From NCBI GenBank assembly GCA_046483845.1, contig JAWOCK010000006.1, forward strand, positions 24,819 to 88,818: a DNA stretch of 64,000 nucleotides, given 5' to 3'. Of the stretch, positions 25,492 through 34,449 are shown in pieces. The notes under the pieces are model-generated. The model ran no database searches, was not told where the DNA came from, and worked only from the letters and a program-made list of their open reading frames with translations. The DNA comes from Thermoplasmatota archaeon (GTDB lineage Archaea; Thermoplasmatota; Penumbrarchaeia; Penumbrarchaeales; Penumbrarchaeaceae). The position numbers were made by a program, and so were the translations under genes. Position 1 is the first letter of the stretch. The number at the start of each line of letters is the position of its first letter.

Positions 25492-28400
25492 ATGACTGGG
25501 AAGAGCAAGTATTGTACTCCCGCTGTAGCTGTTCTGCTTGTCCTCGTGACACTGGCCCAGCCGGTGGAACATGCCGGAGGTGGACCAACCAGGGCTTCGG
25601 GGACGGATATTATAGTAAGTTCCATCACTTCCCATTCCGACGGCGGTATGATCCCTCTTCAGTCCCAATCCGTATCAGCCAGGATAGAGAACAACGGGAC
25701 CATAGATCATGCGGACCCGGTAACCGCACGCCTTCACATCTACTATCCGGCTAACGAGAGCAATATGTCTCTGGTATATTCCAACTCCACCGACCTGGGG
25801 ATGACCCTTTCCTGGGTGGGGAACCAGACAACGGTAACCTTCCCGGATTGGATGCCGCTCGATGAAGGTTATTACGCCCTCAATGTTTCTGTGGATGCCG
25901 CCGACGATCATATGGGTAACAACTCGATCAACATCACGTTAAGGGCAGTCCTTGGTGATCCGGTAGGCCTGTCCATTTACGTAAATCCAGCAAGCAAGGT
26001 AATGGACCCCGGGGAAAGTACCACCGATCCCGGGAACGGACCCTACAGGTTCCAGATACAGAACGACGGGATAGATCCCGACACCTTCACGATAATAGTA
26101 ACTTCTTCATGGGTAACCGGCGTATGGCCCACATCTACAGGTGTTGTCCAGCCAGGCGAGCGTTCCGATGTGATAGAGATCCACATCCAGGTTCCCGTGG
26201 ATGCTGAACCCGGAGAGATCGATATTCTCATTTTCGAGGCGACCTCCAACAACGATCCTTCCATTTCGAACCAGACAACGGTCACGACCTATCTTATCAG
26301 GTATTCCGGTGTTGACGTAACAGTGATCTCCGAGAAGACGCAGGTCGGTTATCCCGGAGGGGATTGGGTATTCTTCGATTTCCTGGTAACCAACACCGGG
26401 TCCTCTTATGACTCTTATACCCTAGGGGTAAAGTCCAGACCGAACAACTGGGCAGGACAGTTCAATACCGGGTCCGACGTAATGTACATCAAAGATCTGG
26501 AACCGGGTGTTTCAAGGGTAGTCACAGCCAAGCTGAGGATACCGGACCTGAACTACGAAACCATGGAGCGGGACAACACGCTAAGAAACAGCAAAGGTGC
26601 TCTTATCCTTACAGCTACCGGATTATCCGGGCTTTCAGGGTCTGACGAGGGGATCGTCATCGTGGGTCTTGTCCACACTGTGGATATGGATATTCGCCCG
26701 GAGAACCATACATACGAATGGTCCCCGGACTCATCCCCCACGGAGCTTAGGTCCTTCAATTTCACTGTGGACATCACCTCCGTGAACAATATCAGGAACT
26801 CACAGGGCATGGATATGGATGTAAACCTGACCTTGCCTCAGGGCCCCCACGGAGTGCTCTATACTCCCATATGGGACCCAACCGGACCAAACGAGACACA
26901 GTCCAGGAAATGGGATGCTGTGGTCTCCCCCAGGACACTACATCTGGAATCGGGCCAAAGCTTTGGAGCGACCCTTCTGGTCACCGCCCCCCGATTCCCC
27001 TTCCAGGGGACCGCCTTGACCCTCATCGAGGCCACTCCATTGATCGATGAAGGCGCAGAAGGGCTCGAACTGCCCGCAAGGGAGACCGCCGAGGTCATCG
27101 TGGGTCCGTTCCTCGACTATTCAGTTGAACCGCCGAGGACCGAGGCCTTCCCCGAGATAATGAACGGTTCCGTTCCCCTGGATGGGAACAACAACGGTCG
27201 ACCGGATTGGCAGGAAGGGGCCCCCGGAGATATCGTGATGCTCCCCTTCAACATCACCAATACGGGGAACACTGCAGATTCCTATCTCATAGACGCTAAC
27301 GCAGCTTTGGAACAACCCGCTCAGACCCTTCCCAACGAGTGGGAAATGGTCTACAAGAAGACCACGGACACCACGCTCCCCTTCTGGTATGATCCGGAAG
27401 GAAGCGGGTACTGGACTAAGGCAAGGATCGCGGTCAAGGTGCCGAACGGCGCCCCCATCGGCGAGAAGGTGAACATAACAGTAAGGGTAACATCTGCATA
27501 TTCCAAGGATGCCAGATATGAGGGCCCCTCTGTGGAGCCAATTCTAGCTTCCGTCAATATCTACGTCGTTCAGGGTTTCGCTCTGGACCTGGAGCCTGAA
27601 GAAAACAAGCTCACTGCGGAACCCGATGAGACCGTGGAGTACTATCTCAACATAACGAACAACGGTAACGGCGTTGATACGGTTGCATTCCTCACCATGG
27701 TCCCGGACCTCAAGGGCTGGACTGTTGAGTTCGAGTTCAATGACATTGAGATGGAGCCGCTGGAGAAGAGGACCTTCAAAGTGCTGGTGACCCCCTCCGA
27801 GTTCGCATCCGCCGATGATGTGCTGGATATCAAGATAAGGGCTCGGTCGAGGAGGAATCCATCCACCTTCGACGATGTCTGGATAAATACCACCGTGGAG
27901 TACGTGGGTGGTGTGGAGTTGGAGATCCTCGGCGATAGATCCCTTATCTGGAGATATCCGGGTGAGATAGCCACCTTCGGGCTGCGGATCAGGAACACCG
28001 GTAACGGGAACGACTCCTTCGATATCTCCTTGGATATGGGATCGGACAGCTGGGTGGGGAACATAGATCTGGGCTCCAAGAGCGGGACCTCCGTCGTTGT
28101 TGACATAGCCCGGGGGAAGGCCAAGGAATTCATTGTCAACATCTCTTTGCCCTCCATCCTCCAGGCCAATGAGATGGAGGACCTGGAGGAGTTGGATATA
28201 GTGGCTGGGACCAGGATAGATAACTTCATTATCGTATCCCCCAGGGAATATCCCTCCATATCAGAGACCACAGAACTCGCGATCGGGGTCCTCCAGCAGT
28301 ACAAGGCCGACATCACGCTATCCCCCTTGGAAACAAAGACCAACAAGGAGGTAATGGTAGGGGAGAGCACAACCTTCAGGATGATCCTGACCAACAAGGG

Positions 28401-30042
28401 GAACGGCGATGACGACCTGTCGGTGGTTCATTCCTCACCCACGGGGCCCATGAAGCACAACTCCTGGGCCACCATTGATCTCGGTCCACACCAGCTCCAG
28501 CCCTTCGAGCCGAAACAGCTGGAGCTTGTAATCGAACCTTATGCCGAGGATACGCCTGCCTACGGTGAGAGGATAGACATGACCGTTGAGGCCATGGCGG
28601 GCAACAATGTGACCTACAGGAAACTGAACGTATCCGCCACGGTGGTCATGACCCGTATGTTATCATCCACCAGCGAGATCGATCTGGGAACCACCGGGGA
28701 GGTGGTAATAAGGATATGCAACATGCCCGACCCAGGGGAGACAGTCATATCCGGTTTCACTCTCCAGAAGATCTACAACATCACATCACTGGTGGACCAG
28801 GATTCCGGCACGGGAGAAGGCTGGAGGGTGGAGGAACCCTATCTGGACATTACCATGGTGGAGGCCTACCAGACCACCGATCTGTCGATACCTGTCAGTG
28901 CACCGGACGAGCTGATCTCCAACAGCGAGACCGCCACCATAGATATCACTGTCAGAGGTTACGGTGCACAGGGGAAGGAGGAGACCAGGAGCACCGCCGC
29001 CATGGGGGTCTATTTCGATGCGTCGATGGATGTGGACAACGTCCGTTTCGAGAACCTCTACGAGGGCCGAACGGCCAGGGCCTACATTACAATGCATGCT
29101 ACCGGGACCCGGGGGCAGGATATAATTCCAGTACTCGTCAAGGTCGGAGGGGAGGAGATCGGGAGGTACGATGCCGGACCGGCGGACCCCCAGGACCTGG
29201 CTAGCAACGGCAGCCAGGAGATACAGTTCGTGGTGGATTTTGACCTGCCTTCCCTGAAATGGTATGAGAAGGGAAAGAACCTTGAAATGGAAGTGTTCAT
29301 CGATCCGGATGACCAGATCGTTGAGAACACCAGGTCGGGCAGGTCCCTGGCCGAAACCAACAACGGCGTTACCAAGGAGTTATTGATCAAGAACTATTCA
29401 CCCCACTGGTCAGCACTCATCCTTCTGGGTCTCCTGCTTCTGATCTCCGCACTGGCCGGGGTCATCGGTTTCTTCTATCTGGACAAGAGGAACAGCTGGT
29501 ACCTTCTACCGCTCTCCGTGGGATTGGCCGGGTTGTTCTCCATGCTTTTCTATGTCCCTGTTGAGTCCACCACGGATGACCTGGGAGCCGCGAACATCTA
29601 CGGGCTGATGATCATATTCATAGATCTTGTGGTGATCGTTCCGATCATGGTCTACCTTTACACGAGAGCCGGTGACGGGTATATCCTGCATCTCATAAGC
29701 AAGAGGAGAAAGAGAGAGATAACGGAAGGCCAGGAGATAAACTCCTCTCTTCTAAAACCGCTCTTGATATCGCTTATAGGAGGTCTTCTGGTAGTTCTTG
29801 TACCCTCATTGTTCTGGGTGGTCCCTTCGGAGCTGAACGAAGGTATCAATGGGGTCCTGGACGCATTCTTTACGCTTGAAAGCGGTTTTCCCATATGGGT
29901 GATCGTTCTGCTGGTACCGGCTCTTGCACTTGGTCTTCAACTGCTTCTGGTACAACTCAAGAAAAGGGCACTGAAGGGGATAGAGAGAACCTGGGAGCAG
30001 CTTGAAGGGTTGAGAAAAGAGATAAAGGAGGGGCTCCAATGA
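25492..30042 (+). CDS. Giant (1516 aa) extracellular repeat protein (CARDB/NEW3-like beta-sandwich repeats, COG1470-like) with a 5-TM C-terminal membrane domain
   Basis: It has a signal peptide and at least six repeats with the motif (I/V)xNxGNxxDx(F/Y)x(I/L): IQNDGIDPDTFTI, VTNTGSSYDSYTL, ITNTGNTADSYLI, ITNNGNGVDTVAF, IRNTGNGNDSFDI, LTNKGNGDDDLSV. The C-terminal ~230 aa has about five hydrophobic helices. Confidence 0.7.
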   Translation: MTGKSKYCTPAVAVLLVLVTLAQPVEHAGGGPTRASGTDIIVSSITSHSDGGMIPLQSQSVSARIENNGTIDHADPVTARLHIYYPANESNMSLVYSNSTDLGMTLSWVGNQTTVTFPDWMPLDEGYYALNVSVDAADDHMGNNSINITLRAVLGDPVGLSIYVNPASKVMDPGESTTDPGNGPYRFQIQNDGIDPDTFTIIVTSSWVTGVWPTSTGVVQPGERSDVIEIHIQVPVDAEPGEIDILIFEATSNNDPSISNQTTVTTYLIRYSGVDVTVISEKTQVGYPGGDWVFFDFLVTNTGSSYDSYTLGVKSRPNNWAGQFNTGSDVMYIKDLEPGVSRVVTAKLRIPDLNYETMERDNTLRNSKGALILTATGLSGLSGSDEGIVIVGLVHTVDMDIRPENHTYEWSPDSSPTELRSFNFTVDITSVNNIRNSQGMDMDVNLTLPQGPHGVLYTPIWDPTGPNETQSRKWDAVVSPRTLHLESGQSFGATLLVTAPRFPFQGTALTLIEATPLIDEGAEGLELPARETAEVIVGPFLDYSVEPPRTEAFPEIMNGSVPLDGNNNGRPDWQEGAPGDIVMLPFNITNTGNTADSYLIDANAALEQPAQTLPNEWEMVYKKTTDTTLPFWYDPEGSGYWTKARIAVKVPNGAPIGEKVNITVRVTSAYSKDARYEGPSVEPILASVNIYVVQGFALDLEPEENKLTAEPDETVEYYLNITNNGNGVDTVAFLTMVPDLKGWTVEFEFNDIEMEPLEKRTFKVLVTPSEFASADDVLDIKIRARSRRNPSTFDDVWINTTVEYVGGVELEILGDRSLIWRYPGEIATFGLRIRNTGNGNDSFDISLDMGSDSWVGNIDLGSKSGTSVVVDIARGKAKEFIVNISLPSILQANEMEDLEELDIVAGTRIDNFIIVSPREYPSISETTELAIGVLQQYKADITLSPLETKTNKEVMVGESTTFRMILTNKGNGDDDLSVVHSSPTGPMKHNSWATIDLGPHQLQPFEPKQLELVIEPYAEDTPAYGERIDMTVEAMAGNNVTYRKLNVSATVVMTRMLSSTSEIDLGTTGEVVIRICNMPDPGETVISGFTLQKIYNITSLVDQDSGTGEGWRVEEPYLDITMVEAYQTTDLSIPVSAPDELISNSETATIDITVRGYGAQGKEETRSTAAMGVYFDASMDVDNVRFENLYEGRTARAYITMHATGTRGQDIIPVLVKVGGEEIGRYDAGPADPQDLASNGSQEIQFVVDFDLPSLKWYEKGKNLEMEVFIDPDDQIVENTRSGRSLAETNNGVTKELLIKNYSPHWSALILLGLLLLISALAGVIGFFYLDKRNSWYLLPLSVGLAGLFSMLFYVPVESTTDDLGAANIYGLMIIFIDLVVIVPIMVYLYTRAGDGYILHLISKRRKREITEGQEINSSLLKPLLISLIGGLLVVLVPSLFWVVPSELNEGINGVLDAFFTLESGFPIWVIVLLVPALALGLQLLLVQLKKRALKGIERTWEQLEGLRKEIKEGLQ

Positions 30043-31142
30043 GCGAGGGGACCCCTGAGAACGCTCAGGAAATGCTCATGAAGGCCGAGATGGCACTGGC
30101 GGACGGTAACTTCATCAAGGCGAGGAGCATATCGAGACAGGCAAGCTCTATCCTCGAGAGGACCCAGAAACTCCATAGAAGGTTCATGGACCGGATGAAG
30201 GACTTCCTCGACAAAATAGGCAAGATGGAGGAGAGAGGATATGACATAACGGAAGCATCCCAGTTAATGTCCAAGGCAAGGGCCAGTGCCTTGAAGAGTG
30301 ATTACGATGCGGCACTTGATCTTATGGAAAAGCTTCCTCCGGCCATAGAGAGGGCGACATATCTTCCATTCCCTCTGCTCAACAAGACCGTGGATATAAA
30401 ATCCACGATCTTCTACAGTATGGGAAAGGTCAACTATACGGTCAGGATAGAGAATCCAATGAATGAGCCGCTGGGTGAGATGATCATTCACCCCTTCCTT
30501 AACAAGGACGAGTTCCACGAGGTCCAGGAGAAATACTACGGTGTTGTAGGTCCCATGGAATACAAGGAGTATACCTTCGAACTGACCCCAAAGGTTAAGG
30601 ATTGGAGCCTTGGAGTTGGTAGGGATGTCCTTGTGGAGGAGGGTGTTATACTCAGGACCAACCTCTCATCGAGAGGTGGGACGGCCAAATATTTCATCAC
30701 CGTGGAGAACAACAGTGATCAGATCCTGAGGGATATCCGCCTATCTCCCATGGCCCCCGCAGGACTGGAGTCCGATCCACGGGAGGCAGTGATAGAGTTC
30801 ATCGAGCCCTTTGCCCAGAAGACCGTGGAGTTCAACCTTTATCCCATGGTCCTGAGGGAGCAGGAGAGGCCCCGGAATGAAAAGTATATATTGGTGGAAG
30901 AAGAGGGCCCGGAGGATGAACGGTCCTGGATCGAGCAGGAGGAGGTATGGGAGACCGAGGTCAATGAGGAGGAGCCTTCCATCGATGAAGGTCTGGACCT
31001 GGATGCGCTCAAGGAAGATATAATCGAGATCGATGAGGGACCGAGGGACTTCACCCCGGTCCGGGAGGATTACGATCTCATTTCAATGAGCCCCATGAGA
31101 TACCCAGAAGGTATCGAAAAGGAGATGAGGAGTAAGAAGTAG
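30039..31142 (+). CDS. Hypothetical cytoplasmic protein: helical-hairpin N-domain, two beta-sandwich-like modules, acidic tail
   Basis: 367-aa ORF with an ATGA overlap with the giant upstream gene. It ends 23 nt before the archaellin gene. No signal peptide. I recognise no family. Confidence 0.55.
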   Translation: MSEGTPENAQEMLMKAEMALADGNFIKARSISRQASSILERTQKLHRRFMDRMKDFLDKIGKMEERGYDITEASQLMSKARASALKSDYDAALDLMEKLPPAIERATYLPFPLLNKTVDIKSTIFYSMGKVNYTVRIENPMNEPLGEMIIHPFLNKDEFHEVQEKYYGVVGPMEYKEYTFELTPKVKDWSLGVGRDVLVEEGVILRTNLSSRGGTAKYFITVENNSDQILRDIRLSPMAPAGLESDPREAVIEFIEPFAQKTVEFNLYPMVLREQERPRNEKYILVEEEGPEDERSWIEQEEVWETEVNEEEPSIDEGLDLDALKEDIIEIDEGPRDFTPVREDYDLISMSPMRYPEGIEKEMRSKK

Positions 31143-31165
31143 GATCAAGCTCAGGAGGTAAATCA

Positions 31166-31801
31166 ATGAAAATAATAAGAGAAAAGAAAAAGATGGGCGC
31201 AATAGGTATCGGGACCTTGATAGTCTTCATCGCCCTGATACTGGTCGCGGCAATAGCTGCCGCCGTAATAATAGGCACGGCGGAGGACCTAGAGGAAAGA
31301 GCAGAGAACGCAGGGGAGAGCGCTGAGAACCTTGTTCAGGCCTCTCCGGTGATAAACATAGCGGAAGGGAACGTCGACTCGGCAACCGGGACGGTGGACG
31401 AGATCTACTTGTACATAGATCTATATGGAAATGAGGCCGTTGATATGAGGGATGTGGTGATCCATATGATTGTGACCCCCAGCGGAGGAAGCGGTCAATC
31501 CGATGACCTGACCCTCGATCCTAACGATGTAACATCAGCAGATGATGAGAACTATGCTTGTGAGGAGATCGTGGATCCGCTGAACAGCTGGAACCCTTCA
31601 GGCTCACCAGCCACCTTTATCCTGTCAGAGAGGGCCAGATTGAAACTTACAATAGACCTTGACCTCTCCGTGACAGCACTTCCTCCCGCTTCCATCTTCG
31701 AGGTCTACATGAAGGTGACCACATCAGGTCATCAGACATACGACTATTATAGGACTCCATCCAGCTATCCGGACGGCGGTATCGTGGTCCTCGAGGACTG
31801 A
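31166..31801 (+). CDS. flaB: Archaellin (archaeal flagellin)
   Basis: Class III signal peptide and conserved hydrophobic N-terminus KKKMGAIGIGTLIVFIALILVAAIAAAVIIG. AGGAGG lies 7 nt upstream of the ATG. Confidence 0.9.
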   Translation: MKIIREKKKMGAIGIGTLIVFIALILVAAIAAAVIIGTAEDLEERAENAGESAENLVQASPVINIAEGNVDSATGTVDEIYLYIDLYGNEAVDMRDVVIHMIVTPSGGSGQSDDLTLDPNDVTSADDENYACEEIVDPLNSWNPSGSPATFILSERARLKLTIDLDLSVTALPPASIFEVYMKVTTSGHQTYDYYRTPSSYPDGGIVVLED

Positions 31802-31823
31802 TCCGTTATCGGGAGGATACCAA

Positions 31824-32783
31824 ATGGCCCGAGCGGAGGGGGACCAGGAGGAACTGGATTTCGTACTTGATGAGGATGAGGAAGAGGTGGAGGTTTCTTC
31901 CTCCTCCAGATCCAAGGTGAAGGGGGGCGGCGTTGAAAGGTACGAGGTCAGGATAGGTCCTCCCCTGGTATCCGGAAGAAAGGTAAAACCGGTCAGGACC
32001 CCAGAGGAGAAGAAGGAGAAAGAAAAGGAGACCGGGACGCCTCGATCGCCCCAAGGTGGTCCGGGATATTCTTCTCAGTCTCCCTCTTCGACATCCTCCA
32101 TGTCCGGAGCAAGCTCCCAGCAGATGTTCAAGATCGAGGATGATCTCAGGAGAACAAGGGATGTCGTGGAGGACCTCAAGCACAATATGAGCATCATGGA
32201 GGGCGAGGTCAAGGACCTCAAGGCGGAGATGGGGAGGATGTCCTATCTTCTCAGGTCCCTGGAGGGACTCAAGAACACGATGACCGATATGGAATCGACC
32301 GTGAGCGAGCTCTCTGGACTCTACGACCTGATCTCGGCAAATATCAATCCATTTGTCGAGATACCACCGCTTAGATCAAGGAACAAGGTCATTAAGCCCG
32401 AGGGTGAGGGGGAGGTCGGTTCCGGAAAAGAGAGCGACGAGGCCGATTTCCAGGAACTCTCGGACATCTTCGAGGATGAAGAAGAACAGGAAGAGATCGA
32501 TGAATGGGGCTCCCCCGACCTTGAATCTGAGGGGTGGACGCTACGCTGGACCAAGTTCCTGATCGAAAAGGTGGGAAAGGATGGTCTCGAGCGCGCTCTT
32601 GATTACTACAAGGACCTGGGATGGATAGACGAGGATATTGCCGAGAAGATCCTTGAGATCTCCCGGGGTACCAAAGGCAAAAAGATCCGATCAGATGGGA
32701 AGAAGAGGTCCTGGAGAATGGATGCGGAGGATCATGTGAAGTCACTGGAGTTCATTAAGAGAATGAACGAGCTCAGGAGGTGA
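31824..32783 (+). CDS. flaD: Archaellum protein FlaC/D/E family (FlaD/E C-terminal domain)
   Basis: The C-terminal WTLRWTKFLIEKVGKDGLERALDYYKDLGWIDEDIAEKILEISRG matches the FlaD/FlaE domain. The central part is coiled-coil and the N-terminus is low-complexity. Confidence 0.8.
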   Translation: MARAEGDQEELDFVLDEDEEEVEVSSSSRSKVKGGGVERYEVRIGPPLVSGRKVKPVRTPEEKKEKEKETGTPRSPQGGPGYSSQSPSSTSSMSGASSQQMFKIEDDLRRTRDVVEDLKHNMSIMEGEVKDLKAEMGRMSYLLRSLEGLKNTMTDMESTVSELSGLYDLISANINPFVEIPPLRSRNKVIKPEGEGEVGSGKESDEADFQELSDIFEDEEEQEEIDEWGSPDLESEGWTLRWTKFLIEKVGKDGLERALDYYKDLGWIDEDIAEKILEISRGTKGKKIRSDGKKRSWRMDAEDHVKSLEFIKRMNELRR

Positions 32784-32852
32784 ACTCGAACGTCGGGAAC
32801 CGGTAGTGCTGTTGCAGTTGCCGTTATTGTAATCGGTCTGCTAACAGGCCTG

Positions 32853-33215
32853 ATGCTGGCACAACCGTCCTTGGACAGGGCGGTGGATGATCTGGAGGAG
32901 GCAAGATCCACCGCCTCCAAGGAGCTTGTGTCCTTAAAGAACACGGACCTCTTCATCGCATCGGCTGGCCATAACAACACCACTCTCGTTCTGAACATAA
33001 CAGTTCAGAACTCCGGTTCCACAGTGGTCAGGATGGAGCACATCGACCTGCTTCTCAACGGAACACTGATGGATACATCTGACCATGATGGGGAGTTCTT
33101 ATATCCGGGTTGCTCCAGGGTAGTATCGTTCGGGAACATGACCGATCCAAGGTCCGTAAGGATGGTGGGGCCGTGGGGTATAACGGATTCAACAACATCG
33201 ATCCATGCAGGATAG
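32853..33215 (+). CDS. flaF: Archaellum protein FlaF (true N-terminus probably upstream of the first ATG)
   Basis: LVLNITVQNSGSTVVRMEHIDLLLNGTL has a FlaF-like beta-sandwich pattern. The expected hydrophobic N-terminus (SGTGSAVAVAVIVIGLLTGL) is encoded in frame at 32793-32852 but without an ATG/GTG/TTG. Confidence 0.7.
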   Translation: MLAQPSLDRAVDDLEEARSTASKELVSLKNTDLFIASAGHNNTTLVLNITVQNSGSTVVRMEHIDLLLNGTLMDTSDHDGEFLYPGCSRVVSFGNMTDPRSVRMVGPWGITDSTTSIHAG

Positions 33216-33229
33216 GAGGGTAAGATAAA

Positions 33230-33721
33230 ATGGCAGGCAATTCTGTGTCGGAACTGATATTCTTCATCGCGGCAATAATGGTCTCCTCGGCGGTGGCCGT
33301 GACCCTCATAGGTGTGATCGACAACTATTCCGATGCGGTGTCCGATCAGGCCTCCATGCTCAATGTCGAGATGGGTTCGGACCTCGAGATAATAAACGAT
33401 CCGATGTACGTGAGGTACAATTCGACCACCTCCAATCTGACCTTCTATCTGAAGAACATAGGATCCAGGGACCTGTCCCTGGATGATGTCGCGGTATCTG
33501 CCAACGGAACGGCAAGGGCGGGGAGCAACATTACCAAGAGGCTCGTTGGCGGAGGGTCGAGCTGGGCCCCTGGTGATGTGGTTGAGGTGGTGTTCGGATC
33601 CCCGGGACTGGAAGAGGATACTGATTATCACGGGTGGGCGTCCACGTCCGGACTTACCGAAAAAGGTGTCCCGAAGGGGAACGCCCAGGACATCATCGTG
33701 TTCAGGATATGGGAGGTGTGA
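33230..33721 (+). CDS. flaG: Archaellum protein FlaG
   Basis: N-terminus MAGNSVSELIFFIAAIMVSSAVAVTLIG is typical of FlaG. Position is between flaF and flaH. Confidence 0.75.
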   Translation: MAGNSVSELIFFIAAIMVSSAVAVTLIGVIDNYSDAVSDQASMLNVEMGSDLEIINDPMYVRYNSTTSNLTFYLKNIGSRDLSLDDVAVSANGTARAGSNITKRLVGGGSSWAPGDVVEVVFGSPGLEEDTDYHGWASTSGLTEKGVPKGNAQDIIVFRIWEV

Positions 33722-33725
33722 TGTC

Positions 33726-34439
33726 GTGCCTTCTCATTCTTCCGGCTCCAATCTCCTGAGGTTCGATTTCGAAAGGGATGGACTCCACAGGCATCTTGGC
33801 GGGGGTATTCCCAAAGGTGTACTCATGGTCGTTTCGGGTTCGGTCGGCAGCGGCAAGTCAGCTATCCTTCAGAGGCTTTTGTACGGTTTCCTGTTGCATC
33901 ATAATACCATAAATGTGATCTCCACCGAGCAGACCACGAAAAGTTTCCTCAACCAGATGGATTCTCTGGATTATCCGGTCAAGAAACAGCTCTTGGAAGG
34001 GAGCCTGAAGTTCGTACCTGTTTTTCCCCTTATTGGTAATGCCAAGAAAAGAGCGGATTTCCTTTCCCGTCTGAAGAGTACACCCGGCCTATACGAAGCC
34101 GATGTAATAGCGGTTGATACTTTTTCAGCATTGGTCAGGAGCGACATCGATGAAGGTAAGGCCCTTGATACGATATCATTCTTCAAGAAGATAATAGGCA
34201 AGAACAGGACCGTGATACTCGGTATCGACCCCCAGGAGATGCCGGACCGGATAATGGGTCCGTTCCGGTCTGTAGCGGATATACTTCTTGAGCTCAAGAC
34301 GGAGATAGTCGAGGGTAACATGGAACACATCATGTACGTGACCAGGTACACACATGCACAGGGTCCTGTCAGCACGGCGGTCGGTTTCAGAATAGAGCCG
34401 AGGGCAGGGTTCATAGTCGACATTACCACGGTAGCCTGA
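33726..34439 (+). CDS. flaH: Archaellum protein FlaH (KaiC/RecA-like ATP-binding protein)
   Basis: Walker A in MVVSGSVGSGKSAILQRLL. GTG start at 33726 is preceded by GGAGGTG. The track ORF start at 33483 would overlap flaG by 240 nt. Confidence 0.8.
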   Translation: MPSHSSGSNLLRFDFERDGLHRHLGGGIPKGVLMVVSGSVGSGKSAILQRLLYGFLLHHNTINVISTEQTTKSFLNQMDSLDYPVKKQLLEGSLKFVPVFPLIGNAKKRADFLSRLKSTPGLYEADVIAVDTFSALVRSDIDEGKALDTISFFKKIIGKNRTVILGIDPQEMPDRIMGPFRSVADILLELKTEIVEGNMEHIMYVTRYTHAQGPVSTAVGFRIEPRAGFIVDITTVA

Positions 34440-34449
34440 AGGTGAACGG

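Noticed and set aside
27642-28397. 251-aa minus-strand ORF inside the 25492-30042 gene
   Set aside because: It is a shadow ORF of a long repeat-rich gene, with Ser-rich mirror composition.
32781-32783. Selenocysteine or other programmed recoding of the TGA between flaD and flaF
   Set aside because: No SECIS-like hairpin is evident. TGA is used as an ordinary stop by many genes in this window. Read-through is therefore left only as one untested alternative.
33005-33631. 208-aa minus-strand ORF across flaF/flaG
   Set aside because: It is antisense to two genes with clear archaellum-family features and breaks operon logic.
33483-33725. Long N-terminal extension of flaH suggested by the track ORF (start 33483)
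   Set aside because: It would overlap flaG by 240 nt in another frame, with an Arg/Pro-rich non-protein-like sequence. GTG 33726 with an upstream GGAGGTG gives a normal-length FlaH.
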